Shown one piece after another: positions 50,099-58,638 of a DNA stretch of 64,000 bases. Numbering within the stretch: the first letter of the stretch is position 1; every line of letters starts with the position of its first letter. The stretch spans positions 128,268 through 192,267 of the forward strand of contig JAKFCW010000011.1 in NCBI GenBank assembly GCA_036676455.1. The letters run 5' to 3'. The DNA is from Candidatus Sericytochromatia bacterium. Lineage in GTDB: Bacteria > Cyanobacteriota > Sericytochromatia > S15B-MN24 > UBA4093. The notes below the pieces were generated by a model. That model had not been told where the DNA came from. It searched no databases and saw nothing but the letters and a program-made list of their open reading frames with translations. The translations under genes were made by a program, and so were the position numbers.

Positions 50099-51349
50099 TT
50101 GCGCCCCGGTTGCGCATCGCGCAGACGCCGCGCGCCGGCCTTGCTCGCCATCTGCCTCGCCCTGGCAGCCGGCCCGGCGACAGCTCACCAGGCCCCGGTC
50201 CCTCGCCTCCAACGCCTGCTCTCCGAGGCCTTGGCGAGCCAGAGCCACCTCGGCTTCGAAGCGCGAAGGCTCTCCGGCGAGGTCCTCTACGCGGTGAATT
50301 CCAGCAAGCTGTTCAGCCCGGCCTCCGTGCTCAAGCTTGCGACCACCTACGCCGCGCTACGTCAGCTAGGCCCCGAGACCCGCTTCAAGACCGAGCTGGT
50401 CACGACCGGCTCGGTCACGAACGGCGAGCTTACCGGCGACCTCTGGCTAAAGGGCTACGGGGATCCCACCCTGCGCAGCGAGGATCTCGGCGCGTTCGTC
50501 GCAGCCCTCCAGGAGCAAGGTCTGGCGCGAATTTCCGGCGACCTGATCGCTGACGCCGGCCTCTACACGGGGCCGCGCCATCCGGCCGGCTGGATGTGGG
50601 ACGACCTGGGATACGGCTTCGCGGCGCCACTGAGCGCTTTAAGCCTCGACTCCAACGCGGGCCTGGCCGATCCCATGAGCGAGCCTCCCGAGCTGCGGGC
50701 AGCCCAGCGCCTGAGCGAACGCCTGGCGCGAGCCGGGATCGTCCTGGCCGGTACGGTGCGCGTGGGGCGCTCGCCGGCGGACGCCACGGTCCGCTACCGG
50801 CATGACTCGCCTCCGCTCTCGGAGATCGTCCAGCGGACCAACAAGGACTCCAACAACTTCTACGCCGAGACCCTCGTCCGCCAGCTGGGCCTCGCCCAGG
50901 CCACGGGTTCGCTTGCTCCCGGCACGCATGCCGCCGGCATGGAGGCCCTGCAATCGACGTTGGCGACTTTGGGCTGGGAGCCCGGCCGCTACCGCGTGAG
51001 CGATGGGTCGGGGCTCTCGCGCTACGACGCCGTGACTCCCTCTCAGATGACGGGTCTGCTGGTGGCGGCAGCCCGCATGCCGCAAGCCTCCCACTTCCTC
51101 GCCTCGCTGCCGGTGGCGGGCGTCGACGGCACGCTGGCCACGCGCATGCGCGGCACGCGCGCGCAGGGGGTCGTGCTGGCCAAGACCGGCACCATGAGCG
51201 GCGTGAGCAGTCTCTGTGGGTACGTCCTGCCGCCCGGCAAGGAGCCTGTGGCCTTCAGCCTGATGATCAATGGCTTCGTGGGATCGGCCAAGCCCGTGCA
51301 GGACCTGCAGGACGCCGTGATGGACGCCCTGGTCGAGGCCCTGGATTAG
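50099..51349 (+). CDS. dacB: D-alanyl-D-alanine carboxypeptidase/endopeptidase (PBP4, S13 family)
   Basis: TTG start. Signal peptide ALLAICLALAAGPATA. SxxK in PASVLKLAT, SNN-like DSNNFYAE, and KTGT in LAKTGTMSGVSSL. Confidence 0.75.
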   Translation: MRPGCASRRRRAPALLAICLALAAGPATAHQAPVPRLQRLLSEALASQSHLGFEARRLSGEVLYAVNSSKLFSPASVLKLATTYAALRQLGPETRFKTELVTTGSVTNGELTGDLWLKGYGDPTLRSEDLGAFVAALQEQGLARISGDLIADAGLYTGPRHPAGWMWDDLGYGFAAPLSALSLDSNAGLADPMSEPPELRAAQRLSERLARAGIVLAGTVRVGRSPADATVRYRHDSPPLSEIVQRTNKDSNNFYAETLVRQLGLAQATGSLAPGTHAAGMEALQSTLATLGWEPGRYRVSDGSGLSRYDAVTPSQMTGLLVAAARMPQASHFLASLPVAGVDGTLATRMRGTRAQGVVLAKTGTMSGVSSLCGYVLPPGKEPVAFSLMINGFVGSAKPVQDLQDAVMDALVEALD

Positions 51350-51359
51350 CGCGGATCGC

Positions 51360-52313
51360 TTAGCGCTGTAGGTAGTTCTCGAAGCCCCCGCAGAAGAACT
51401 CGACGCCCCCGGGGAAGAGCCGCTCGTAGCGCCCCATGATGGGGGAGGCGGGGTCGCTGGGCGGCTCCTTGAGCACGACCGTGACCTTGGGAACGAAGCC
51501 GAAGAAGCCTCGGAAGAGCAGGTAACGGATGTTGGCGTCCGACTCGCTCAAAGAGTAGCCGATGAAGACGACTTCCTTGGCCTGCGCCAGCTCCCACTCG
51601 GCCTTCTTCCAGAGGGCGGAGAGGAACGGTGATGGCGGGATCTTCAGCGGGGTCGGCGGGATGATGAGCACGCGCATCGGCCCCTCGCAGGTGGGGCAGA
51701 CCTCGTCCGCGCGCAGGCGGCGCTCGTGGGTGAGCACGGTCGAGAAGCATGACGGGCAATAGCCCCAGTTGAGGGAGCCATGGAGCTTGTAGAGCTTGAG
51801 GGCCCCGCGCGACGGCTGGGGAGGGTGGCCTTCGAAGAAGTCGAGGGCGTAATCCGGCTGCATGCCCAGCTGGAAGAGCGCATGATCCAGCAGGAGGTCG
51901 TAGTTGAGCGAGATCAGGCACGTCTCCTCGGCAGGAGCGCGCGAGAGCAGGGTCCGGTAGAGGCTATGCTCCTTGGAGCCGTTGGTCTGGACGTCCAGGG
52001 TGTCGCCGATGAAGTCGTAGATGCAGCTGACGAGTTCCTCGCGGCACTTGGCCAGCTCGGACAGGCTCCATGACTGGCCGATGGGCTCTCCCTTGGACAG
52101 GCAGTTGTCCAGGATGGAGAGCAGCTCTTCGATGTAGGGAAGGTGAATGCCGTCTGTGAAGCCCCAGCCCGCGAGGAAGCTGCGCAGGGTCTGGTACTGA
52201 TCCGCGCGACGCGACAGGCCGCCGCGCAGGAGATCGATGCTGGTGGGCGCGGCGGGCTCCTCGGCTGCGCTGGCTCCGGCCCCGAAGAAGTAGATGGTCT
52301 TGAATCGTCTCAT
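51360..52313 (-). CDS. SIR2-like domain protein (stand-alone, with Cys4 zinc-ribbon insert)
   Basis: IYFFGAGASAAE (GAGxS), LISLNYDLLLDHAL (N-x-D), LYKLHGSLNW (catalytic His context), CPSC...CPTC. Confidence 0.65.
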   Translation of the reverse strand: MRRFKTIYFFGAGASAAEEPAAPTSIDLLRGGLSRRADQYQTLRSFLAGWGFTDGIHLPYIEELLSILDNCLSKGEPIGQSWSLSELAKCREELVSCIYDFIGDTLDVQTNGSKEHSLYRTLLSRAPAEETCLISLNYDLLLDHALFQLGMQPDYALDFFEGHPPQPSRGALKLYKLHGSLNWGYCPSCFSTVLTHERRLRADEVCPTCEGPMRVLIIPPTPLKIPPSPFLSALWKKAEWELAQAKEVVFIGYSLSESDANIRYLLFRGFFGFVPKVTVVLKEPPSDPASPIMGRYERLFPGGVEFFCGGFENYLQR

Positions 52314-52329
52314 GCGGCACCAGGAGGGG

Positions 52330-53103
52330 TCAGGAGGCCTTCTTGGGGGCCGGGGCGTGGCGGTTCAGCAGGATCCGGGCCTGCTCCGCCTCCTTGGAGC
52401 GCGGAGCGCGCTCGACGATCGAGCGCAGGGTGGCGAGGCCCTTCTGGTAGTGGCCTTCGTGGCTGGGGCGGCCCCACATGATGCCCGAGGCGTAGAGGTA
52501 GTCCCAGCCGATGGCCAGCTTCGCCGCGAGCAGGTGGCTGGACTGGGGGTACTGCTTGATGAAGGCCTCGTAGCGGCGCGCATCCGTCAGGGCGAGGCCG
52601 GTATCGGGGTCCCACTCGTTGGGGGCAATCTCGTCGGAGGCGATCAGGCGCCATGCGGCTTCATGGGCGAGGGCATGGGACGGGTACTGCCTGAGGAAGA
52701 CGCGGTAGGCGTCGCCCATGTAGCGATAGCGGCCGCCCGGCTCGTAGTAGGCGAAGGTGGCCATGTGCTTGCCGGCCCAGCGCTGGCGGGGGCGGAGGTA
52801 CTCCAGCCATTCGGGGTTCTTGGGGTCCAGGCGGCGGCGCTGGCGCCAGCGGGAATTGATCTGCTCGACGTAGGCCTCGGCGGATTCGCCGACCATGAGG
52901 AGCACGCGCGGGCCGCGCTCGCTCTGGAGCACGTTCGCGTTGCGAGCCAGAGGGGCCAGGGCCGTCAAGGCTTCCTGGTAGTTCTTCCGGGCGATCGCCT
53001 TCTCCGCCGGCTTCAGCGAAACGGGCGCCACATCGGCCCATGCCGGGCTGATCATCCCGGCTGCAAGCAGGACGGCCCAGGCCATTCGGGAGAAAAAGCG
53101 CAT
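52330..53103 (-). CDS. hypothetical secreted protein (helical-repeat-like)
   Basis: ORF trimmed to the ATG at 53103, which follows AAAGGAG. Signal peptide MRFFSRMAWAVLLAAGMISPAWA. It ends 17 nt upstream of the SIR2-like gene. Confidence 0.5.
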   Translation of the reverse strand: MRFFSRMAWAVLLAAGMISPAWADVAPVSLKPAEKAIARKNYQEALTALAPLARNANVLQSERGPRVLLMVGESAEAYVEQINSRWRQRRRLDPKNPEWLEYLRPRQRWAGKHMATFAYYEPGGRYRYMGDAYRVFLRQYPSHALAHEAAWRLIASDEIAPNEWDPDTGLALTDARRYEAFIKQYPQSSHLLAAKLAIGWDYLYASGIMWGRPSHEGHYQKGLATLRSIVERAPRSKEAEQARILLNRHAPAPKKAS

Positions 53104-53427
53104 GTTCCGCTCCTTTGAACCCCAGGGTAGGCCCATGCTCATGTAAGAGTCACCCCCGCATCTCATGCTAGCAAACTAAGATGAAGAGCGTATTAAGAAA
53201 GCATGTCTCCGGCGTGAAGCGCTCCACGACCCGCCGGTCGTGGTATGTTAGGGTAGACAGCCCCCCGACGCAAGATGTTCCTGGGATTGCGGCCAGATTA
53301 CAGTTCGTGTGCCAGGGTTTCGGCGGCTGGGAATCCGGGTAGTTTAACCCTTGTATGCTAGCTAGGACCCTCATGGACGAGGAGCTGGCATGGCGGAGAC
53401 AACGTGGAACCTTCGAGCGTCGATGAC

Positions 53428-55164
53428 ATGATGGACCAGCCGATGCCCCTGGATGGGGCGGAACGACTCGCGGAACTGATCCGCCTGCTCATGGCGCATG
53501 CGCCCGCGGCGATCGCGATGTTCGATCGCGACATGCGCTACATGATGGCGACTCCGCGCTGGCGAGAGGACTTCCGGCTCGACGATCAGGAGATCATCGG
53601 GCGCTGCCACTACGACGTCTTCCCCGAGATCCCCGATCACTGGAAAGCCATGCACCAGCGCTGCCTGCAGGGCGCCTCCGAGCGCAACGAGGAAGAGCCC
53701 TTCCTTCGCTCGGACGGCCGCATCGAGTGGGTGCGCGGCGAGGTCATTCCATGGCGGGACGGCAACGGCGAGATCGGCGGAGTGATCATGTTCTCCGAGG
53801 TCATCACCCAGACCCGGCGTGCCGAGGAAACCATCAAGCGGATGGCCCATTCGGATCCGCTGACGGATCTCCCCAACAAACAGCTCTTCATGGACCGGCT
53901 CAACCAGGCCATCGAGCATGCCGCCGTCACGCAGCGGCAGGTCGCCGTGATGTTCCTCGACCTCGACCGGTTCAAGCTCATCAACGACACCCTGGGCCAC
54001 GACATCGGCGACCTCCTGCTGATGGCGATCGCCGAGCGGCTCGCCGACGTCATCAGCTCCTCGGACACGGTGGCCCGCCTCGGGGGCGACGAGTTCACCA
54101 TCGTCCTGGGAGACGTCACCGACGCCGCCCATGTCGCCCAGATCGCCAAGATCATCCTCGATGCGCTCGCCAAGCCCATCCGCGTCCGCGATCAGGAGCT
54201 CTTCGTCAGCACCAGCATCGGCATCAGCATGTACCCGGGCGACGGCGAGCACTCCGTCCACCTGCTCAAGAACGCCGACGCCGCCCTGTACCAGGCCAAG
54301 GAGCACGGCAACGGCTACGAGTTCTACGTCTCGGAGATGAACGCCTCGGCCACCGAACGGCTAGCGCTCGAGAACAGCCTGCGCCGGGCCCTGGAACGCG
54401 GCGAGCTGACCCTTCACTACCAGCCCCAGCTGGACCTCTCCACCGGACGCATCGTGGGTGCGGAAGCCCTGGCCCGCTGGCAGCACCCCGACTGGGGCAT
54501 GGTGCCTCCGGCCACCTTCATCCCCCTCGCCGAGGAGACCGGCCTCATCCTGCCCATCACCGAGTGGGTGCTCCGGACCGCCTGCCTCCAGAACAAGGCC
54601 TGGCAGAACGCGGGATTGCCGCCGATCCGCATCTCGGTAAACCTCTCCGGGCGCTCCTTCAAGCAGCGCGACCTGGCCTCCATGGTGGACCGGGTCTTCA
54701 GCGAGACCGGCCTGCTGCCGCATCACCTCGACCTCGAGCTCACCGAGAGCAGCCTCATGGAAGACGTCGAGGCGACCACCGCCACGCTGAACCGCCTCAA
54801 CGCCATGGGCATCCAGCTCTCGATCGACGACTTCGGGACCGGCTACTCCTCGCTGAGCTACCTGAAGCGCTTCCCGCTCTCCACCCTCAAGATCGATCGC
54901 TCCTTCGTGAGGGACCTCGCCAACGACCAGGACGACGCGGCCATCGTCAAGGCCATCATCGCGCTGGCCCACAGCCTCGGCCTGCGGGTCGTCGCCGAAG
55001 GCGTCGAAACCGAGGCTCAGCTCGATTTCCTGCGGGCCGAGAACTGCGACGAGATCCAGGGCTACTACCTCAGCCGCCCGCTGCCGGCAGACGCCTTCGC
55101 CCAGTTCCTCGCCAAGCAGCCGTCCATCCTCTCCAACGCGTCCATCAAGGCCAGCGCCTCCTAG
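53428..55164 (+). CDS. PAS-GGDEF-EAL signalling protein (c-di-GMP turnover)
   Basis: ORF 53404..55164 (GTG); first ATG at 53428. PAS block. GGDEF in ARLGGDEFTIV with upstream RxxD-like context. EAL in GAEALARWQHP. DDFGTGYSSLSYLKRFP. Confidence 0.85.
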   Translation: MMDQPMPLDGAERLAELIRLLMAHAPAAIAMFDRDMRYMMATPRWREDFRLDDQEIIGRCHYDVFPEIPDHWKAMHQRCLQGASERNEEEPFLRSDGRIEWVRGEVIPWRDGNGEIGGVIMFSEVITQTRRAEETIKRMAHSDPLTDLPNKQLFMDRLNQAIEHAAVTQRQVAVMFLDLDRFKLINDTLGHDIGDLLLMAIAERLADVISSSDTVARLGGDEFTIVLGDVTDAAHVAQIAKIILDALAKPIRVRDQELFVSTSIGISMYPGDGEHSVHLLKNADAALYQAKEHGNGYEFYVSEMNASATERLALENSLRRALERGELTLHYQPQLDLSTGRIVGAEALARWQHPDWGMVPPATFIPLAEETGLILPITEWVLRTACLQNKAWQNAGLPPIRISVNLSGRSFKQRDLASMVDRVFSETGLLPHHLDLELTESSLMEDVEATTATLNRLNAMGIQLSIDDFGTGYSSLSYLKRFPLSTLKIDRSFVRDLANDQDDAAIVKAIIALAHSLGLRVVAEGVETEAQLDFLRAENCDEIQGYYLSRPLPADAFAQFLAKQPSILSNASIKASAS

Positions 55165-55234
55165 TCTGGCGCTTGCAACCCAGGGAATGAGTCGAGGGCT
55201 CCGGCGATGCCGGAGCCCTCGAGCGTTACGGGGA

Positions 55235-55762
55235 TCAATCCAGGAGCTGGTAGCTGGCGAGCGCCATGTGTCCCAAGGGCTGCTCGGCTCCGAAACCGGC
55301 CACCTGGGAGTCGAAGCTCCAGGCCTCCAGCCCGGGCTGCGACACCACCTTCACCTTGCCGCCAGCGCCCCGGTAGGCGTCGTAGCCGGAGTAGAAGTGG
55401 AACAGGGTCGGGATCACCATGTAGAGCCGATCCACAGGGCTGGGCATGGGGACGAACGATGGAATCGCCCAGAGCACCACCGCCCCGACGAAGTGCATGA
55501 CCCCCTTGGTCGGCTCCTGGTTGAATACCCACTGCCCGAGGCCCGGGATCACGAGCGAGGAGACGCCTGACAAGACCGCGCGAAGCTCGCCGACGTCCTC
55601 GTCCGAGGCCTCCTGCGTCTTGACCGTCTGTTTGCGCGCCTGAGTCACCTGGAACGTTTCGTCCGCGCCTCCAGCCACGGGCGCGTCCGCGGCGAACGCG
55701 GGGAGGGCCGACCCCACCATCAGGGTCGCGGTGAGCAGGCCAGCGAAGCATTTCCGTTGCAT
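55235..55762 (-). CDS. hypothetical exported/membrane protein
   Basis: ORF 55235..56215 trimmed to the ATG at 55762. Signal peptide MQRKCFAGLLTATLMVGSALPAFA. Two further hydrophobic segments follow. Confidence 0.5.
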   Translation of the reverse strand: MQRKCFAGLLTATLMVGSALPAFAADAPVAGGADETFQVTQARKQTVKTQEASDEDVGELRAVLSGVSSLVIPGLGQWVFNQEPTKGVMHFVGAVVLWAIPSFVPMPSPVDRLYMVIPTLFHFYSGYDAYRGAGGKVKVVSQPGLEAWSFDSQVAGFGAEQPLGHMALASYQLLD

Positions 55763-55916
55763 CCCATTCTCCTTCGTCGTCTCGATGATCGTGACTGCCT
55801 CCTGACGAGCGATCGCTCGTGAGTCCAGTTTACCGTGTTTCCGCCAGGAGGAGGGGGGCTCGTCCGGAATGCCGGATCCCCGCGCAGAGAGGCGATCAGG
55901 GCGTTCGAAAGCATGG

Positions 55917-55962
55917 AAAAACCCGGCTCCGCACGCTTCCGCAGGGAAGCATCGAAGCCGGG
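55917..55962 (-). terminator. rho-independent terminator of the coiled-coil protein gene
   Basis: Minus strand: CCCGGCT...AGCCGGG outer stem enclosing the GCTTCC-CTGC-GGAAGC inner hairpin, followed by TTTTT. Confidence 0.6.
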
Positions 55963-55998
55963 CTCGCGTGCCGTCGGCGATGAGGGGAGTCGGAGGAT

Positions 55999-56763
55999 CT
56001 AAGAATTCTCGGTGAAGGAGAAGCCCTTGCCCGCTGCCGCCCGCTGGATCGCCCGCAGCAGCTTGTCGGAGAAGTCCTTGATCATCTGGTTGAAGTTCCA
56101 CTGGCCGTAGCGCATGAAGCTCGCGAGGGCGTCCTTGCCGGTCACCGTCTCGCCCTGGACGTCCTCGCCCATCTCGTTGCGGCGGCCCATGCCGGTGTTG
56201 ACCACCTTGGCCCACTCTTCGAGCGCATTGGTCGGGCGGAAGTTCGCCCAGTCCTGCGAGGCCCGGATGTCGAGCTGGGTGGTGAGACGGGAGGAATCGA
56301 GCCCCAGGCGATCCATGAGCTGCCGCTGGAAGCCGAGCTTGCCGCCTTCGAGCTGGCTGAGCTTGGACTCGGCGCTGGAGAGGCGGCTCCTGGCGGAGGA
56401 GACCTGGCTCTCGGCGCTAGACAACGCGGAGCGCGCGCTGGAGAGCGAAGCCGTCAGGGACTTGGCCTTGGAGCCATCGGGGTCGTTCGTGGAGTTGAGA
56501 GAGGCCAGCTGCGCCTCGAGCGAGGCCACGCGCGAGCGCGCGCCGCTGAGGTTGCCCTGTGCCGAGCTCAAGGCGCTCTTCGCCTGGGAGACCTCGGTCT
56601 TGGCCTTGTCGATTTCCTTCTCGTAGGATTCGAGCTTGTCCCAGGCCTGGAGGGTGGTGTTCACCAGCTCATCGGCGCCCTGCTTGTCGCTGAGGAAGAC
56701 GAAGCCTCGGTTATCGACCCCGGTGCGGCGGGAATACGCCTGGACGTCTGAAAGATCAACCAT
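55999..56763 (-). CDS. hypothetical coiled-coil protein with Ser/Ala-rich heptad-like repeats
   Basis: 254 aa. Repeated SALSSAQGNLSGARSRVASLEAQL / SLSSARSALSSAESQVSSARSRLSSAESKLSQLE. No signal peptide and no recognisable family. Confidence 0.5.
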   Translation of the reverse strand: MVDLSDVQAYSRRTGVDNRGFVFLSDKQGADELVNTTLQAWDKLESYEKEIDKAKTEVSQAKSALSSAQGNLSGARSRVASLEAQLASLNSTNDPDGSKAKSLTASLSSARSALSSAESQVSSARSRLSSAESKLSQLEGGKLGFQRQLMDRLGLDSSRLTTQLDIRASQDWANFRPTNALEEWAKVVNTGMGRRNEMGEDVQGETVTGKDALASFMRYGQWNFNQMIKDFSDKLLRAIQRAAAGKGFSFTENS

Positions 56764-56882
56764 TTCAAGCCTCCCTGGGCCGCAGTTCCATCACGGCGTT
56801 CCTACTCTTATTTATCCCGCGATCCCGGAGAACCTTTCATTAAATGCTCGTTGGGCGCAATAAATCTTCGTTGCGCCCCGCG

Positions 56883-57506
56883 TCATCCGCGCAGGGAGTC
56901 GCCTTGCGCGAGCATGGCGAGGGCCTCGAGTGCGCTCTCGCGGACCTCGGATCCCTGCACCGCGCGGGTCAGGTAGGCGAAGGCCGCGTCGCCGCCGAGG
57001 CGTCCCAGGGCCAGCAAGGCCTGGGTGCAAGGATAGAACCATTCCCCGTGGCGCTCGTCCGCCAGGGTGATGAGATGCGGCACGGCCCGGCGATCGCCCA
57101 GCTCGCCCAGGGCGGTCGCCGCGGCTCCGGCCACGAAGCCGCTGGCATGCGCCAGGAGGTCGATCAGCAGGTCGAAGGTCTGCGGGTGGCGGATCTTGCC
57201 GAGAGCCGCCCCGATGGACATCAAGAGGCCGTCGGGAAGCGCGTCGGGATCCCGCAGGAAGCCCGCCAGCGTCGACTGGGCCTCGGGAAACGGGAAGTCG
57301 ACCACGGCGGTCAGGGCCTCGAAGAGGCGCTCGTCGCGCTCGAAGGGATCGCCATCCCGGGCCGACTCGGTTACGTACGCCAGCCAAGCCTCCGGCCCGC
57401 GGGGCTCGCCCATGCGCAGTAGCCCCCGCACCCCGGCCAGCTGCACGGCAGGGTCGGGATCCGTCGTGGCGCTTGCCAGGATCTGCCGGATTCGCTCGCG
57501 GTTCAT
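56883..57506 (-). CDS. HEAT-repeat protein
   Basis: ORF trimmed to the ATG at 57506, which follows GAGAGGAGG. PBS-lyase/HEAT-like repeats such as AATALGELGDRRAVPHLITLA. Its start overlaps the panE-like stop (ATGA). Confidence 0.6.
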   Translation of the reverse strand: MNRERIRQILASATTDPDPAVQLAGVRGLLRMGEPRGPEAWLAYVTESARDGDPFERDERLFEALTAVVDFPFPEAQSTLAGFLRDPDALPDGLLMSIGAALGKIRHPQTFDLLIDLLAHASGFVAGAAATALGELGDRRAVPHLITLADERHGEWFYPCTQALLALGRLGGDAAFAYLTRAVQGSEVRESALEALAMLAQGDSLRG

Positions 57507-58414
57507 CGCGCCCTCCTCTCGGGGACCAGCTGCCTCACGGCCTCCACGACCGCCCGGTTGGTCGAGACATTCACGCCCAGGCGCTCTCCCAGGGCGACGA
57601 TGCGCCCGTTGAGGGGCTCGATCTCGGTGGGCCTTCCGAGCTTGACGTCCTCCCACATCGATCCGCGGTGGTTGCCGGTCTTGGCCAGCAAGGCGAGGGC
57701 CTGCTCCTCGAAGTCAGGGCTCAGCTCCACTCCGTCGGCAGCGGCCACGGCCATCGCCTCGTGCAACATCGGCATGAAGCGAGGATCCGCCATCACCTCC
57801 GCGATGGTGCGGCCGCCCAGGGCGCAGAGGGGGTTGGTGATGGCGTTGAGGATGACCTTCTCCCAGGCGAACTTGCGGATATCAGGCGTGTAGGCGGTCC
57901 GGTGGCCCGCGTGGTCGAGCAGCCCGGCGATCGCCGTCGCCTTGGCCGCGTCGCCAGGGCCTCCGATCAAGGTCGGGCGGCTCCAGAAGGAGACCATGAT
58001 GCGGGCGGGCGCCACGCGCGTGGCCCCCAGGTAGAAGATGGCGCGATGGACCCGCTCGGCGCCCAGCGCCTCCGCGAAGTCGCGCTCGGGGTCGAGCCCG
58101 TTCTGGCAGACCAGCACCCGGCTCTGAGGCGGGATCTCGCGGGCCATGCGGGCGATTAGTTCCGGGTTGTAAGGGGCCTTGGTGGCCACCAGGTAGAGGT
58201 CGGCCCGGGGCAGCGCCCCCGAGCCGGTCTCCACGGGCAGGGAGAGGGCGATGGCCCCCTCGATGGTGAGGCCCTCGGAGGCGATCGCCGAGATGCCGGG
58301 CTCGCGTCCCCAGAGGACGACTCGCTCACCGGCATGCGCCAGCTGGGCCGCCAATAGCCCCCCGATGGCTCCGGAGCCCAGAACGGCAAGTTTCGTCTCG
58401 ATGCTGACAGTCAT
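57503..58414 (-). CDS. panE: 2-dehydropantoate 2-reductase (ketopantoate reductase, ApbA/PanE family)
   Basis: KLAVLGSGAIGGLLAAQL Rossmann motif. About 300 aa. C-terminal helical domain containing GSMWEDVKLGRPTEIE. Confidence 0.75.
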   Translation of the reverse strand: MTVSIETKLAVLGSGAIGGLLAAQLAHAGERVVLWGREPGISAIASEGLTIEGAIALSLPVETGSGALPRADLYLVATKAPYNPELIARMAREIPPQSRVLVCQNGLDPERDFAEALGAERVHRAIFYLGATRVAPARIMVSFWSRPTLIGGPGDAAKATAIAGLLDHAGHRTAYTPDIRKFAWEKVILNAITNPLCALGGRTIAEVMADPRFMPMLHEAMAVAAADGVELSPDFEEQALALLAKTGNHRGSMWEDVKLGRPTEIEPLNGRIVALGERLGVNVSTNRAVVEAVRQLVPERRAR

Positions 58415-58437
58415 CCCCCCATCCTATCAGAACCCAT

Positions 58438-58463
58438 GATTAAAGCCATGGATTAAAGCCATG
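58438..58463 (+). repeat. perfect tandem duplication (2 x 13 bp, GATTAAAGCCATG)
   Basis: Read directly. Lies in the divergent intergenic region between panE and the S8 protease gene. Confidence 0.8.
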
Positions 58464-58499
58464 GCGGGCGCGGAGGCCCGCCCTACAAGCACCCGGGAC

Positions 58500-58537
58500 T
58501 TGCCTGTCCCAGAAGCATCCTGGAATTGCCTGTCCCA
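58500..58537 (+). repeat. 12-bp direct repeat TTGCCTGTCCCA x2 (26-bp periodicity)
   Basis: Copies at 58500-58511 and 58526-58537, about 100 bp upstream of the S8 protease start. Possible regulator binding sites. Confidence 0.5.
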
Positions 58538-58638
58538 ATTGCACCATGCCTTAGGGGAAACTTAGCCTTGCCTTAACGTCAGCGCGAGCCAAGCAGCCGG
58601 ATAAGAGAGAAAGCCCCCTCTCTCGAAAGGAGCAAGAG

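Noticed and set aside
47934-50117. N-terminal 728 aa of the 1551-aa minus-strand ORF 45462..50117
   Set aside because: Only the C-terminal 823 codons (from the ATG at 47933) look like a real protein, HrpB. The upstream part is Arg/Gly/Ala-rich low-information sequence lying antisense to two well-supported plus-strand genes (crcB and a histidine kinase). This is a GC-rich shadow ORF.
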